Source of the DNA: Verrucomicrobiaceae bacterium | GTDB lineage: Bacteria > Verrucomicrobiota > Verrucomicrobiia > Verrucomicrobiales > Akkermansiaceae | Assembly (NCBI GenBank): GCA_051252135.1 | Contig: JBPOGH010000006.1 | Location: 96,001 to 160,000, forward strand | DNA: 64,000 bases | Reading direction: 5' to 3' | Part shown: piece after piece, positions 39,313-49,561 of the stretch | Layout: each line of letters begins with the position of its first letter | Position numbering within the stretch: position 1 is the first letter of the stretch | Program-made: the position numbers and the translations under genes | Notes under the pieces: model-generated | Databases searched by the model: none | Told to the model about the DNA's origin: nothing | What the model saw: only the letters and a program-made list of their open reading frames with translations

Positions 39313-40719
39313 CTAGTATTTCTTGCGCAAGTGTGAGGGTAAAATGCCGAGCTGCTCGCGATATTTGGCAACTGTGCGACGAGCGACCTTGATTCCCTGC
39401 TCGTTGAGGAGTTTTTCGAGTTTGGAGTCGGAGAGTGGTTTGGCGGAGTCCTCTCCTTCAATGAGGTCATGAAGGGCTTCGCGAACGCCTTCATTGGAAA
39501 TGTCATCTCCAGCGGCAGTGCTGTAGCCGGTGGCGAAGAACTTGCGCATTTCCATGAGGCCGTGCGGGGTGTCGACATATTTTCCGGCGACAGCACGCGA
39601 GACGGTGGTGGGGTGGACGCCGATCTTGTCCGCGATGTCATTCATGGTCATTGGCTTGAGGAAGCGGGTGCCATTTTGAAGAAAGGGTGCCTGCCGGTCG
39701 ATGATTTCACGGGTGATGGCGAGGATGGTTTCCTGACGCTGGTCAATGGCGCGGATGATGTGACGGCCATCGCGGATCTGATCTCGGAGGTAATTTCTGG
39801 TTTTCTTGTCTCCGGTGGAGTTGGCGAGGAGGTCTTTGTATTGATCGTTGATGCGGATGCGGGGGAGGTAGTTGCCGGTGAGATTGGCGGTCCATTCTCC
39901 TTCGTCATCCATCTCAATGATGGCATCAGCCTGGATGTAGGGGTTACCACCTTCCAGAAAGCGGGAACCAGGGGTGGGATCCAGAGCGCGGATGTGTTCT
40001 ACTGCTTCAGTGATCCTTTCGATGGGGATGTGAAGTTTTCGCGCAATTTGGGGGAAGTGATTTTTGGCGAGCTCATCGAGGTGTTCATCGACGATGGTGC
40101 ACTCGAGTGTTCCGGCGAGATTCAGGCGCCAGAGTTGAAGGAGGAGGCATTCTCTGAGGTCAGTGGCACCGACTCCGGGAGGGTCGAGAGTCTGAATGAA
40201 GGCCTGCGCTTTTTCGAGTCGCCGCAGCGGAATGCCAAGGGAGATGGTGAGCTCGTCGAGGGGAGCATCGAGATAGCCGTGCTCGGTGAGATTTCCGACG
40301 ACGACGATGGCGTCCTTGCGTCGTTCATCATTTAGGCCGCTTTCACGAATTTGTTCCGCGAGATGTTCCTGAAGGGTGAGGGGTGCGACGATGGAGTTGT
40401 AGAAGTGCTCACGGCGTTCTGCGGCATCGTGATCGGTGCCCTGAGAGCGGCGTTCCATGATAGCAAGGTCCCGGAGGTCATCGTCATAAGTTTCCTGCCA
40501 GTCATCAAAATTATCGGAGTCAGTGGTCTCACTTTCAACAATCTCATCGAAAGAGTCGTGGTCGATCACTTCTTCCAGCACCGGGTTGACTTGCATGGCC
40601 TGAGTTAGAAGCTGGGAGAGCTCCAGGGTATTTGCCTGCAGAATTTCCAAGCTCTGGCGCATTTGCGGCGCGAGAGTTTGCTGCTGGGACAGCGATTGGT
40701 GGAGTCCGACGGAAGACAT
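39313..40719 (-). CDS. rpoN: RNA polymerase sigma-54 factor
   Basis: Gln-rich region I (QQQTLAPQMRQSLEILQ), DPPGVGA, HPTTVSRA, RpoN box ARRTVAKYRE. Confidence 0.97.
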   Translation of the reverse strand: MSSVGLHQSLSQQQTLAPQMRQSLEILQANTLELSQLLTQAMQVNPVLEEVIDHDSFDEIVESETTDSDNFDDWQETYDDDLRDLAIMERRSQGTDHDAAERREHFYNSIVAPLTLQEHLAEQIRESGLNDERRKDAIVVVGNLTEHGYLDAPLDELTISLGIPLRRLEKAQAFIQTLDPPGVGATDLRECLLLQLWRLNLAGTLECTIVDEHLDELAKNHFPQIARKLHIPIERITEAVEHIRALDPTPGSRFLEGGNPYIQADAIIEMDDEGEWTANLTGNYLPRIRINDQYKDLLANSTGDKKTRNYLRDQIRDGRHIIRAIDQRQETILAITREIIDRQAPFLQNGTRFLKPMTMNDIADKIGVHPTTVSRAVAGKYVDTPHGLMEMRKFFATGYSTAAGDDISNEGVREALHDLIEGEDSAKPLSDSKLEKLLNEQGIKVARRTVAKYREQLGILPSHLRKKY

Positions 40720-40768
40720 GGGTGCGAGCCAATTAATAGCGCGCGGCTTCGAGACTGCAAATTTTATT

Positions 40769-40784
40769 AGCAGTTTTTGTGCCA
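40769..40784 (-). promoter_or_regulatory. Sigma54-type -24/-12 site upstream of rpoN
   Basis: Minus strand TGGCACAAAAACTGCT (GG-N10-GC), about 50 bp upstream of the rpoN ATG and in the same orientation. Confidence 0.6.
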
Positions 40785-40877
40785 CAACTTCCGATGAGTT
40801 GGGCTCATGAGTGGAATTTGGGTGAGGATTTCAGCAAAAGGTTGGTCGATAAACAAAAGCCTGATAAGGATTCTGGA

Positions 40878-42269
40878 ATGAGTAACGAGCTAGCGATGAT
40901 TCGGGAAAAAATGGAGGGAAAAGGGGTCAGTGATGTTGCTATTCAGTGTTTTGAACGAGCGTTTGGGGTGGTTTCGCGAGGAGAGAGTCCGTTGATTTCG
41001 GAGGAGTCGATTTCGCCCGCGCAGGGGGTGGTTGATTATTCGGGTCTTCCGGTGCGGGAAGATTTTGATCCTGAACTGGTGGGGAAGGCTGTCATCATTA
41101 AGTTGAATGGGGGGTTGGGGACGAGCATGGGGTTGGAGAAGGTGAAGAGTCTTTTGGAGGTGCGGCCGGGGGTGAATTTTCTGGATTTGATGGCGCGGCA
41201 GGTTCTTTCCTTACGTGCCAAGACGGGCAGGGAAGTGCGGTTTCTTCTCATGAACAGTCACGCGAGCAGCGATGATACGCAGGGTTATCTCCGTGAATCC
41301 GTCCCGGCGATCGGGGATCCCGCGCAGCTGGAATTGTTGCAGAGTTGGGCGCCGAAGCTTCGTCAGGATAACTTGAAGCCGGTTGACTATCCGAAAAATC
41401 CGGAATTGGAATGGTGCCCTCCAGGGCATGCCGATGTGTATCCTTCGCTTGTTGCGAGCGGGTGGTTGGATCGGCTTTTGGCTGATGGGGTGAAATACGC
41501 GTTCCTTTCCAACAGTGACAATCTTGGAGCGGTGCTTGATCCGACCTTGCTGTCGCATTTTGCGGAAAGTGGGGCGCCTTTCATGATGGAGGTGACCCGT
41601 CGAACGGATGCCGATCGGAAGGGCGGGCATTTGGCGGAGCGTAAATCGGATGGTCGGTTGATTCTGAGGGAAGTGGCACAATGTCCCGATGCCGATTTGG
41701 AAAGTTTTCAGGATATTGGAAAGTACCGCTATTTTAACACCAACAATATTTGGGTGAATCTGGAAGTTTTGCAGGAGGTCCTTGCTGAGGACGGGGGTGT
41801 GCTTCCGTTGCCCATTATTCAGAACAGGAAGTCTGTTGATCCGCGGGATTCCGCTTCTACGCCGGTGTATCAGCTGGAGGCGGCAATGGGATCGGCGATT
41901 GAGTGCTTTGATGGTTCCATTGCGGTTGATGTGCCGCGTTCGCGTTTTGCTCCGGTGAAGTCGACTGCCGATTTGTTGGCGCTGCGATCCGATGCTTATG
42001 AGATTCGTGAGGATGGGCGTATCGAATTGGCGCCGTCGCGTGAAGGGAGGCCTCCGGTGGTGAATCTCTCGTCGGAATACCGTCTGGTGGACTCGCTTGA
42101 TGCTCTTGGGGTGCCTTCGTTGATTGGGGCCGAGGAGGTTTCGATTGAGGGCGCTCTGACCTTTGGGGAGACGGTTGAGGTTATCGGGAAGGTGACTTTC
42201 AAGGGGGGGGCAAATGGTTCAGAAACAGTGCCTTCCGGCGTTTATCAAAATGAGTCCTGGACGGTGTGA
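40878..42269 (+). CDS. UTP--glucose-1-phosphate uridylyltransferase, eukaryote-type (UDPGP family)
   Basis: KLNGGLGTSMG..KS, LLMNS, WCPPGHAD, SNSDNLGA, KGGHLA, FNTNN, RFAPVK. Start ATG 40878. Confidence 0.92.
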   Translation: MSNELAMIREKMEGKGVSDVAIQCFERAFGVVSRGESPLISEESISPAQGVVDYSGLPVREDFDPELVGKAVIIKLNGGLGTSMGLEKVKSLLEVRPGVNFLDLMARQVLSLRAKTGREVRFLLMNSHASSDDTQGYLRESVPAIGDPAQLELLQSWAPKLRQDNLKPVDYPKNPELEWCPPGHADVYPSLVASGWLDRLLADGVKYAFLSNSDNLGAVLDPTLLSHFAESGAPFMMEVTRRTDADRKGGHLAERKSDGRLILREVAQCPDADLESFQDIGKYRYFNTNNIWVNLEVLQEVLAEDGGVLPLPIIQNRKSVDPRDSASTPVYQLEAAMGSAIECFDGSIAVDVPRSRFAPVKSTADLLALRSDAYEIREDGRIELAPSREGRPPVVNLSSEYRLVDSLDALGVPSLIGAEEVSIEGALTFGETVEVIGKVTFKGGANGSETVPSGVYQNESWTV

Positions 42270-42336
42270 AAAATCTGTCACGGGAATGTGGATTTGTGTC
42301 TTGCAAGAGCTTTGCGAATGACGCATTTGCTGGCCC

Positions 42337-42951
42337 GTGAGCTACGACGATTCGCAAATTTCCCTTCCGTCAGCCGGTTATCAGGCACTTATTTTCGATC
42401 TCGACGGCACCCTGGTTGATTCGATGCCAGCGCACTTTGATGCGTGGTGTAAGGCACTGGCGGATCACGGGGCGCCGGGTGTTTTTCCCGAGGATGTTTT
42501 TTATGCCATGGGTGGCAGGCCAACGCGGGACATTGTGGAAATTCTCAACGGTGAGCAGGGGTTGAAGCTTGATCCTGATGCGGTTGCGCTTGCGAAGCGG
42601 CGTCATTTTATGGGGAGTCTTTCCAAGGTGGAGTTCATTGATGAGGTGATTGAGTTTGCCCGTGCGAACCGGGGGAAGGTGCCGATGGCGGTAGCGAGCG
42701 GGGGGACGCGCCTGGTGGTGGAAAAGACGCTGCAGTCCCTGGGTGTTTCCGACCTTTTTGACGAGGTGGTGACTGCGGATGATGTGGTGAATGGCAAGCC
42801 GGCTCCGGATATCTTTCTTGAGGCGGCGAGTCGTCTTGAGGTGGCGCCGGAAGGTTGTGTTGTGTTTGAGGATGCTCCCGCGGGGATTCGGGCTGCGCGC
42901 GATGCGGGGATGGAAGTGGTTGTGATTCCGGCCCGGGTGCAGCTTTCATAG
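42337..42951 (+). CDS. HAD-family phosphatase (YqaB/beta-phosphoglucomutase-like)
   Basis: FDLDGTLVDSM, VASGG, KPAPDIF, FEDA..G. Confidence 0.9.
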   Translation: MSYDDSQISLPSAGYQALIFDLDGTLVDSMPAHFDAWCKALADHGAPGVFPEDVFYAMGGRPTRDIVEILNGEQGLKLDPDAVALAKRRHFMGSLSKVEFIDEVIEFARANRGKVPMAVASGGTRLVVEKTLQSLGVSDLFDEVVTADDVVNGKPAPDIFLEAASRLEVAPEGCVVFEDAPAGIRAARDAGMEVVVIPARVQLS

Positions 42952-43184
42952 GGCTTTGACAGGAGGGTGCGAGGGATTTTGGTGAGGATTCCCAGAGGTG
43001 TGAATTGTGCTCCAACTGCTAAAAGCGGTTGCAAAAATGAGGATGTGAGCTGGGGGGAGATGCTCTCCTAGATTGCGGATGGTGTTTTGGTTGGGTATTT
43101 CTCTTCGGAAGGTGAGTGGAGACCGGTTCTTTGCGGGACGGTCTTCGGGCTTGTAAAATGTTGATAATGAGTGATTCGAGGTCC

Positions 43185-43227
43185 TTGTGAATTTTATCAC
43201 AAATAGGGCTTGTGAAAAAAATCACAA
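43185..43227. promoter_or_regulatory. Two tandem palindromic operators (Rex- or CRP/FNR-family-like) upstream of actA
   Basis: TTGTGAATTTTATCACAA (43185-43202) and TTGTGAAAAAAATCACAA (43210-43227); both are TGTGA-N6-TCACA. Confidence 0.8.
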
Positions 43228-43248
43228 GCTCCTAGAACTCGTCTGCGC

Positions 43249-43992
43249 ATGGCTAATTTCTTTCCTCGCTGGGCTAATCTCCTCCCGCTGAAAATTGCGG
43301 TGTGTCTGGGGGCTGTCGGTGTCGGTTTGGTGGCTGGTTTCACCTACTACGGAACACCGAAAGCACAACGAGTCGGCTACCAGCCCACTCAGCCTATTCA
43401 CTATGATCACAATCTGCACGTGAGTCAGCTTGGGATGGATTGTCGTTACTGTCACAGTTTCACCGAGCATTCCGGTCACGCGAACGTGCCAACGGCGAAC
43501 ACTTGCTGGAATTGTCACCAGCATGTTCAGAAGGGGTCGCCAAAGCTTGCCGGTCTTCGCGCTGCCATGGCAGTGGACGAGAACCATTTGCCTCTGAAGG
43601 ATGCTGCCGGAAATCCGGTTGAAGGTGAGCCGATTCAGTGGGTCCGGGTTCATAAGGCTCCTGATTATGTCTACTTCAATCATTCGGCTCACTTGAATCG
43701 CGGCATTTCCTGCCAGAGTTGCCACGGGGATGTGCACAAGATGGAAAAGGTCTACCAGGCCGAGTCGCACTCCATGGGGTGGTGTCTTGATTGCCACCGT
43801 GCCCCCGAGAAGCATGTCCGTCCGCTCGAAGAGGTCTTCAACCTCGATTACGATGCGGCCACCTATCTTAAAGAGAACGAAGTCAATGACGAGAACGGTG
43901 AGCGCATCACCGATCCCGAAAAGTTTGGTAAGTTCCTCGTCGCCCATTGGGGCATCAGTCCGAAAGAGTCCTGTGCGACTTGTCACCGTTAA
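43249..43992 (+). CDS. actA: Alternative complex III pentaheme cytochrome c subunit
   Basis: N-terminal TM segment; GYQPTQPI; five CxxCH motifs (CRYCH, CWNCH, CQSCH, CLDCH, CATCH); PDYVYFNHSAH. Confidence 0.93.
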   Translation: MANFFPRWANLLPLKIAVCLGAVGVGLVAGFTYYGTPKAQRVGYQPTQPIHYDHNLHVSQLGMDCRYCHSFTEHSGHANVPTANTCWNCHQHVQKGSPKLAGLRAAMAVDENHLPLKDAAGNPVEGEPIQWVRVHKAPDYVYFNHSAHLNRGISCQSCHGDVHKMEKVYQAESHSMGWCLDCHRAPEKHVRPLEEVFNLDYDAATYLKENEVNDENGERITDPEKFGKFLVAHWGISPKESCATCHR

Positions 43993-44018
43993 TTTCCGAT
44001 CTTTTTCCAATCTTCCAG

Positions 44019-47000
44019 ATGAGCAAGCGTGTCTTGAATCACCCGCAGCCACCCAAAGAGGGTGATGCTTCGAAGGCCTGGCGTAGTGTCGGTGAAAAGG
44101 AGGGCTCCAAGTCTTTCCGCAACGACCTTGAGCGCGAATTCCCCAACGGTGATACACTCACCGAGGAGGAGCAGGGCCTTTCCCGTCGTAACTTCACGAA
44201 GCTTATGGGGGCTTCGTCCGCTCTTGCGGGTTTGAGTCTGGCTTCCTGCCGGCGCCCCGAGAGTTACATTGTGCCTTATAAAAAGGCGCCCGAGTGGGTG
44301 ATCCCCGGCAAGCCTCTTTTTTATGCAACGACGATGCCGCGTGTCGGTGGTGGGGTGCCGCTTTTGGTGACCACGGTTGAAGGTCGTCCCAAAAAGTTGG
44401 AGCCGGCAACCGATCATCCCGATGCCGCCGGAACAGATGCTCTTGTTCAGGCTTCGATTCTCGACCTTTATTCTCCGTCGCGTTCCCAGGATATCCTGAA
44501 GGACGGTCAGGTGAGTGATTTTGCCGCACTTGGCGCAGGACTTAAGGCTCTTGATCTTTCCCGGACCGCATTAGTTTTTGGTTCGGATGACTCTCCGACC
44601 CGCAACCGCCTCGCCAAAGAGTTGGCAGGAAAAGGTGCTACGCTTGTGTCCTACGAGGCGCTTGATGGTGATCTTGAGGCCGGGACGGCGAATGTGGTCG
44701 ATTTCTCGAAAGCAGACCGGATTCTTTCGCTCGACTGTGACTTCCTTGGCACCGATCCCGTAGGCAACAGCCGCGAATTTTCCAAGCGCCGTCAGGGTGG
44801 CAATGCAAATTACGATCAAGAAGGGGATATCAATCCTGACCAGATGAACCGTCTTTACCAGGTGGAGACGCAATTCAGCATCACGGGTGGAATGGCTGAC
44901 CACCGTTTGCGTGTGGCGCCAAGTCGGGTCGCTCTTGTGGCAGCCGATATTGCCAAGGCCCTTGGTGTGAGTGTTTCCGGTGGTGCAACGGACGCTGATA
45001 AGGCAGCTCTTTTCCCCGGTGGTGACGCTGGTCTTTACGATACTTGGGTTGCCCAGTGTGCAGCCGATCTCCAAAAGTCCGGTGCCAAGTCGCTTGTGGT
45101 CGCGGGAACCCGCCAGACCAAAGCAGTTCAACAAATCGCAACGGCAATCAACGCCAAGCTCGGTTCCGAAGCGGTCAAGGCTGTCAGTACAGACCTCGGT
45201 CAGTATGGCTCGATGTCCGACCTTTCTGCCAAGGTTGAAAGTGGAGCGGTGAAGAACATCGTGTTCCTCACGCCATCTGACCCCGCATACGATTTCGACG
45301 GTTTCGATGCCCTTGCCGGGAAGGTGGATGCGATTGTTCACCTCGGACTGCGCACCAACTTTACGGCATGGAAGGCCAACTGGCACATTCCTGCCCGCCA
45401 CTTCCTTGAAAGCTGGAGTGATTCCCGCTCTGCTTCAGGAGTTGTTTCTCTTATCCAGCCGATGATCTTCATGCCGTATCAGGCAGTGTCCGAGCTGGAG
45501 TTGCTTCACGTCCTCAATGGGGGTGATTTTGCGAAGGGTGATTTTTCGCCGGCAATGGGTGAGGTGAAGACGACCTTTGGCGCACTTTCCGGTAAGGCGG
45601 AGGACAAGGATTGGCGCGAGGCGCTCAAGAACGGTTTTGCCGAAGGGACCTCCTACGCAGCGGGTTCCGCTCAATCGGTTGCCATTTCAGTGGAAGCCGG
45701 AGCCCAGCCATCTGCTGAAAATATCGAAGTGGTGTTCGCAACCGATGCATCGGTTTTGGACGGTCGCTATATTGATAATGCCTGGCTTCAGGAATCTCCT
45801 GATCCCGTCACCAAGTTGACTTGGGACAACGCCGCTCAGATTTCACCGCAGACTGCCAAAGACCTCGGTATTTACGACAAGGTTATCGCTCTTGAACCCA
45901 AGGGGAGCTTTGCGTTTTCCGAGCCATTTAAGCGTGCTGCCGAGGCCCCAATCGGGGAAGGTGAACATGCCCGCGCGCCGTTCATTACCATCACCATCGG
46001 TGAGCGTAAGGTGAAAGTGCCTGTGCTGATCGCATTCGGTCATGCGGACAATGCGATCACTCTTCCACTAGGATACGGACAGGCTGCAGACGACGGTCGC
46101 GAAAGCGCCATCGCTCTCGACGAAAACCAGCCTGTGGTAGGGCACGTTGGGCTCAATGCCGGATTCAACGCCTATGCACTGCGCAGTGCCGAGACTCCTT
46201 ATTTTGCGGCCGGTGCAAAAGTTTCTCCGACCGAAGAAGCCTACAAAGTTGCTCTGACTCAGGAGCACCATTCGATGTATGGCCGTGCGATTGCCCGCGA
46301 AATCTCCACTGCCGACAATGGCAAAGGTGACTTCGAAAAGCAGCTAAGCAAAGTCAAGAAGCAGGGGATCGATTCCCATGCTCCTCCCAATATTTCCCTT
46401 TATGATCCCAAAGGCGGGGTTTGGTCAAAAGACGATAAGGAAAAGAAGAACCACCTTTCCGATGATGTCCACCAATGGGGCATGGCCATCGACCTCAACA
46501 CCTGCACCGGTTGCAATGCGTGTCTCGTAGCTTGCCAGGCGGAGAATAATATCCCGGTTGTTGGCAAAGATCAGGTCGCGATGGGTCGTGAGATGCACTG
46601 GATTCGCATGGATCGTTACTTCTCCTCCATGGAGGTGGAAGTGGATCATGGTCATCCGACCGGCGAGGCGACCCCGGATTGGGCGCAGCAGAACCCGGCG
46701 ATGGTTCCCCAACCTGTTGCCTGTGTGCAGTGTGAAATGGCTCCTTGTGAGACTGTTTGCCCCGTTAACGCAACGGTTCACACCGAGGAGGGTCTCAACT
46801 CAATGGCTTACAACCGCTGTATCGGAACCCGTTACTGCGCGAACAACTGCCCCTACAAGGCCCGACGTTTCAATTTCTTCGACTACAACAAGCGCAACCC
46901 GCTCATCAAGGGCAACCTTTACAAGGGTCCCTTCGGTAAGAAGCAGGTGGGTGAGGCTCCTCATCTTCAGCGGAATCCGAACGTCACCGTTCGCATGCGC

Positions 47001-47453
47001 GGTGTGATGGAGAAGTGCACATACTGTGTGCAGCGTCTCGAGTCCGCCAAGATCAAGCAGAAGCAACAGCAGAAGCAAAACACGCTCGCTTCCGGGCTTC
47101 CTTCCACACAAGTGAAAGTTGATCGCGCCAAGGACCTCAAGGTAGCTACCGACAGCGTCAAAACCGCGTGTCAGGATGCCTGCCCAACAGAAGCCATTTC
47201 ATTCGGAAACCTCCTGGATCGTAATTCAAGGGTGGTCCGAGCGAAGGGGAACGACTTTGATTCCATCGCCCGGACCTACGAAACCCAGGAAGAGTGGGAT
47301 AAGGCGAAAATCGTTGGAAGCTTGCGCAACTACGATCTGCTCAACTACGTCAACACCCGTCCGCGCACGAGCTACCTGGCTCGTGTGAAGAATCCGAATA
47401 AGGACATGCCAGATGCGAAATACCTCGGTCAGGCCACCATCAACATTCATTAA
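44019..47453 (+). CDS. actB: Alternative complex III subunit B (molybdopterin-oxidoreductase-like fold plus Fe-S domain)
   Basis: WRS..E, Tat motif SRRNFTKLMG, lipobox LASC; CTGCNACLVAC, CVQCEMAPCETVCP, CIGTRYCANNCPY, KCTYC..CQDACP. Start ATG 44019. Confidence 0.93.
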   Translation: MSKRVLNHPQPPKEGDASKAWRSVGEKEGSKSFRNDLEREFPNGDTLTEEEQGLSRRNFTKLMGASSALAGLSLASCRRPESYIVPYKKAPEWVIPGKPLFYATTMPRVGGGVPLLVTTVEGRPKKLEPATDHPDAAGTDALVQASILDLYSPSRSQDILKDGQVSDFAALGAGLKALDLSRTALVFGSDDSPTRNRLAKELAGKGATLVSYEALDGDLEAGTANVVDFSKADRILSLDCDFLGTDPVGNSREFSKRRQGGNANYDQEGDINPDQMNRLYQVETQFSITGGMADHRLRVAPSRVALVAADIAKALGVSVSGGATDADKAALFPGGDAGLYDTWVAQCAADLQKSGAKSLVVAGTRQTKAVQQIATAINAKLGSEAVKAVSTDLGQYGSMSDLSAKVESGAVKNIVFLTPSDPAYDFDGFDALAGKVDAIVHLGLRTNFTAWKANWHIPARHFLESWSDSRSASGVVSLIQPMIFMPYQAVSELELLHVLNGGDFAKGDFSPAMGEVKTTFGALSGKAEDKDWREALKNGFAEGTSYAAGSAQSVAISVEAGAQPSAENIEVVFATDASVLDGRYIDNAWLQESPDPVTKLTWDNAAQISPQTAKDLGIYDKVIALEPKGSFAFSEPFKRAAEAPIGEGEHARAPFITITIGERKVKVPVLIAFGHADNAITLPLGYGQAADDGRESAIALDENQPVVGHVGLNAGFNAYALRSAETPYFAAGAKVSPTEEAYKVALTQEHHSMYGRAIAREISTADNGKGDFEKQLSKVKKQGIDSHAPPNISLYDPKGGVWSKDDKEKKNHLSDDVHQWGMAIDLNTCTGCNACLVACQAENNIPVVGKDQVAMGREMHWIRMDRYFSSMEVEVDHGHPTGEATPDWAQQNPAMVPQPVACVQCEMAPCETVCPVNATVHTEEGLNSMAYNRCIGTRYCANNCPYKARRFNFFDYNKRNPLIKGNLYKGPFGKKQVGEAPHLQRNPNVTVRMRGVMEKCTYCVQRLESAKIKQKQQQKQNTLASGLPSTQVKVDRAKDLKVATDSVKTACQDACPTEAISFGNLLDRNSRVVRAKGNDFDSIARTYETQEEWDKAKIVGSLRNYDLLNYVNTRPRTSYLARVKNPNKDMPDAKYLGQATINIH

Positions 47454-47474
47454 TTCTTTCCTGCGACAGAACCT

Positions 47475-49004
47475 ATGTCCGAAGCGGCCACACAGTCTAC
47501 AAACGACGCCAGCGCGGTGAAAATCCCCGTCCTGGAACGCGAGAAATTGATTCTCAACGAGCGTTCCTACGGATGGATCACCGAACGAATCTGCGGCGTG
47601 ATCGAAAACCGCCAGCCATTGCTCTGGTGGATCCTTTTCATTCCCAGCGCGATCATCGCCCTTGTCGGCGTGGTTGGCGGCCTGACTTACCTTGTCTCGA
47701 CCGGGGTAGGGGTGTGGGGAAACACGAACCGCGTGATGTGGGGATGGCCGATCGTAAACTTCGTGTTCTGGATTGGTATTGGACATGCCGGAACCCTGAT
47801 TTCCGCGATTTTGTTCCTAACCCGTCAAAACTGGCGCACCTCGATTAACCGGGCTGCGGAAGCGATGACCATTTTCGCGGTGATGTGCGCGGGTATCTTC
47901 CCGGCCTTCCACGTGGGACGTGTCTGGATGGCCTGGTTCCTTGCTCCAATTCCCAATGCCAATGCGATCTGGCAAAACTTCAAATCACCACTTCTGTGGG
48001 ACGTGTTCGCGGTTTCGACCTACTTTACCGTTTCCCTGATCTTCTGGTTCCTTGGCATGGTGCCCGACCTTGCCACGATTCGTGATCGCTGTAAGCCCGG
48101 CATTCGTAAGTTCGCCTATGGTCTTGCCGCTTTGGGATGGCGCGGCGGTAACCGTCAGTGGAGCCACTACGAAATGGCTTACCTCCTTCTGGCCGCTCTT
48201 TCCACGCCGCTTGTGCTCTCGGTGCACTCGGTGGTTTCGTTCGACTTCGCCACTTCGGTGGTGCCCGGCTGGCACACCACCATTTTCCCACCTTACTTTG
48301 TGGCAGGGGCAATTTTCGGCGGCTTCGCCATGGTACTCACGATCATGATTCCGGCTCGTTTCATCTACGGCCTGCAGGACATGATTACGATGAAACACAT
48401 CGATAACATGGCCAAGATCATCCTGCTCACGGGAACGATCGTGGGATATGCCTACCTGATGGAGCTCTTCATCGCGTTCTACTCGGGAGCGAAATACGAG
48501 GGGGCTGCCTTCCTCTACCGACTCTCCGGACCGTATTGGTGGGCCTACCTCGCCATGATGTCTTGTAACGTTCTTTCTCCTCAGATCTTCTGGTTCAAAT
48601 CGATGCGTGAAAACCTCTGGGTGGTCATGGCCGTCGCGATGTGTGTGAACATCGGGATGTGGTTTGAGCGCTTTGTGATCATCGTCACTACCCTGGCCCG
48701 GATGTGGCTTCCCGGTGACTGGAAGACCTACAGCCCAAGTGCGGTCGATGTGCTGACCTTTGTGGGAACGATCGGCATGTTCCTCGCCCTGTTCCTTCTT
48801 TTCCTCCGTTTCCTCCCGTGCATCAACATTGCCGAGGTGAAATGGACTCTCCCTGAAAGTGATCCTCACGACGAAGACAAGGAAGAGCACCCTGACGACG
48901 GGGTGGAAAAAATCGCCGCTTATCAATACGAACTTCAAGATGACTCCCAGAGTGCTGCCGAGGACGCAGTTGCTCAGGAAGACTCCAAGACTGCAGACGC
49001 ATGA
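47475..49004 (+). CDS. actC: Alternative complex III quinol-binding NrfD-like subunit
   Basis: [69 protein letters not shown]. Confidence 0.95.
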   Translation: MSEAATQSTNDASAVKIPVLEREKLILNERSYGWITERICGVIENRQPLLWWILFIPSAIIALVGVVGGLTYLVSTGVGVWGNTNRVMWGWPIVNFVFWIGIGHAGTLISAILFLTRQNWRTSINRAAEAMTIFAVMCAGIFPAFHVGRVWMAWFLAPIPNANAIWQNFKSPLLWDVFAVSTYFTVSLIFWFLGMVPDLATIRDRCKPGIRKFAYGLAALGWRGGNRQWSHYEMAYLLLAALSTPLVLSVHSVVSFDFATSVVPGWHTTIFPPYFVAGAIFGGFAMVLTIMIPARFIYGLQDMITMKHIDNMAKIILLTGTIVGYAYLMELFIAFYSGAKYEGAAFLYRLSGPYWWAYLAMMSCNVLSPQIFWFKSMRENLWVVMAVAMCVNIGMWFERFVIIVTTLARMWLPGDWKTYSPSAVDVLTFVGTIGMFLALFLLFLRFLPCINIAEVKWTLPESDPHDEDKEEHPDDGVEKIAAYQYELQDDSQSAAEDAVAQEDSKTADA

Positions 49005-49558
49005 GCACCCGAGTTTCCAGAGTTTACGGCTATTTGGCCGAATTCAACAACGCTTCGCAGCTCTACAAGGCTGCCGAGAAAGTCCGCGATGCCGGATTTA
49101 AGAAGTGGGACTGTTTTTCCCCGTATCCCATCCACGGATTGGATGATGCGATGGGTATTAAGCGCTCCATTCTCCCTTACTTTGTATTTTTCGGAGGATT
49201 GACGGGATTTTGCACCGCGTTCGTTTTGGCCTATTCCACCCAAGTGGGGCTCTACCCAACAATTGTGCAGGGTAAGCCGGCAAACATCTTCACCACGGCG
49301 GCATTCTTCCCGGTGATGTTTGAGCTCACCATTCTCTTTTCGGGCTTTACCACACTGTTCGGTCTTCTCGGATTGATGGGACTGCCCCGCTGGAACCATC
49401 CTCTCTTCGCGAGCAAGCAATTCTCCGGAGCGACCGATGACAAATTCTTCATCGCCATTGAAGCGCGTGATGCGAAGTTTTCCGCCGAGGGAACGAAAGC
49501 GCTTCTCGCTGAGATCGGTGGCGCAAACATTGAACTGGTGGAGGACGACTCCGAGTAA
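49001..49558 (+). CDS. actD: Alternative complex III subunit D (DUF3341)
   Basis: AEF...[17 protein letters not shown]...[19 protein letters not shown]. Confidence 0.93.
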   Translation: MSTRVSRVYGYLAEFNNASQLYKAAEKVRDAGFKKWDCFSPYPIHGLDDAMGIKRSILPYFVFFGGLTGFCTAFVLAYSTQVGLYPTIVQGKPANIFTTAAFFPVMFELTILFSGFTTLFGLLGLMGLPRWNHPLFASKQFSGATDDKFFIAIEARDAKFSAEGTKALLAEIGGANIELVEDDSE

Positions 49559-49561
49559 GCC

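Noticed and set aside
42266..42281. Third TGTGA...TCAC operator near the UGPase stop
   Set aside because: The spacing is 8 rather than 6 and the second half-site is imperfect.
44019..47453. ActB as an active molybdoenzyme
   Set aside because: The context is actA-F, and characterised ActB subunits have the fold but no molybdopterin cofactor.
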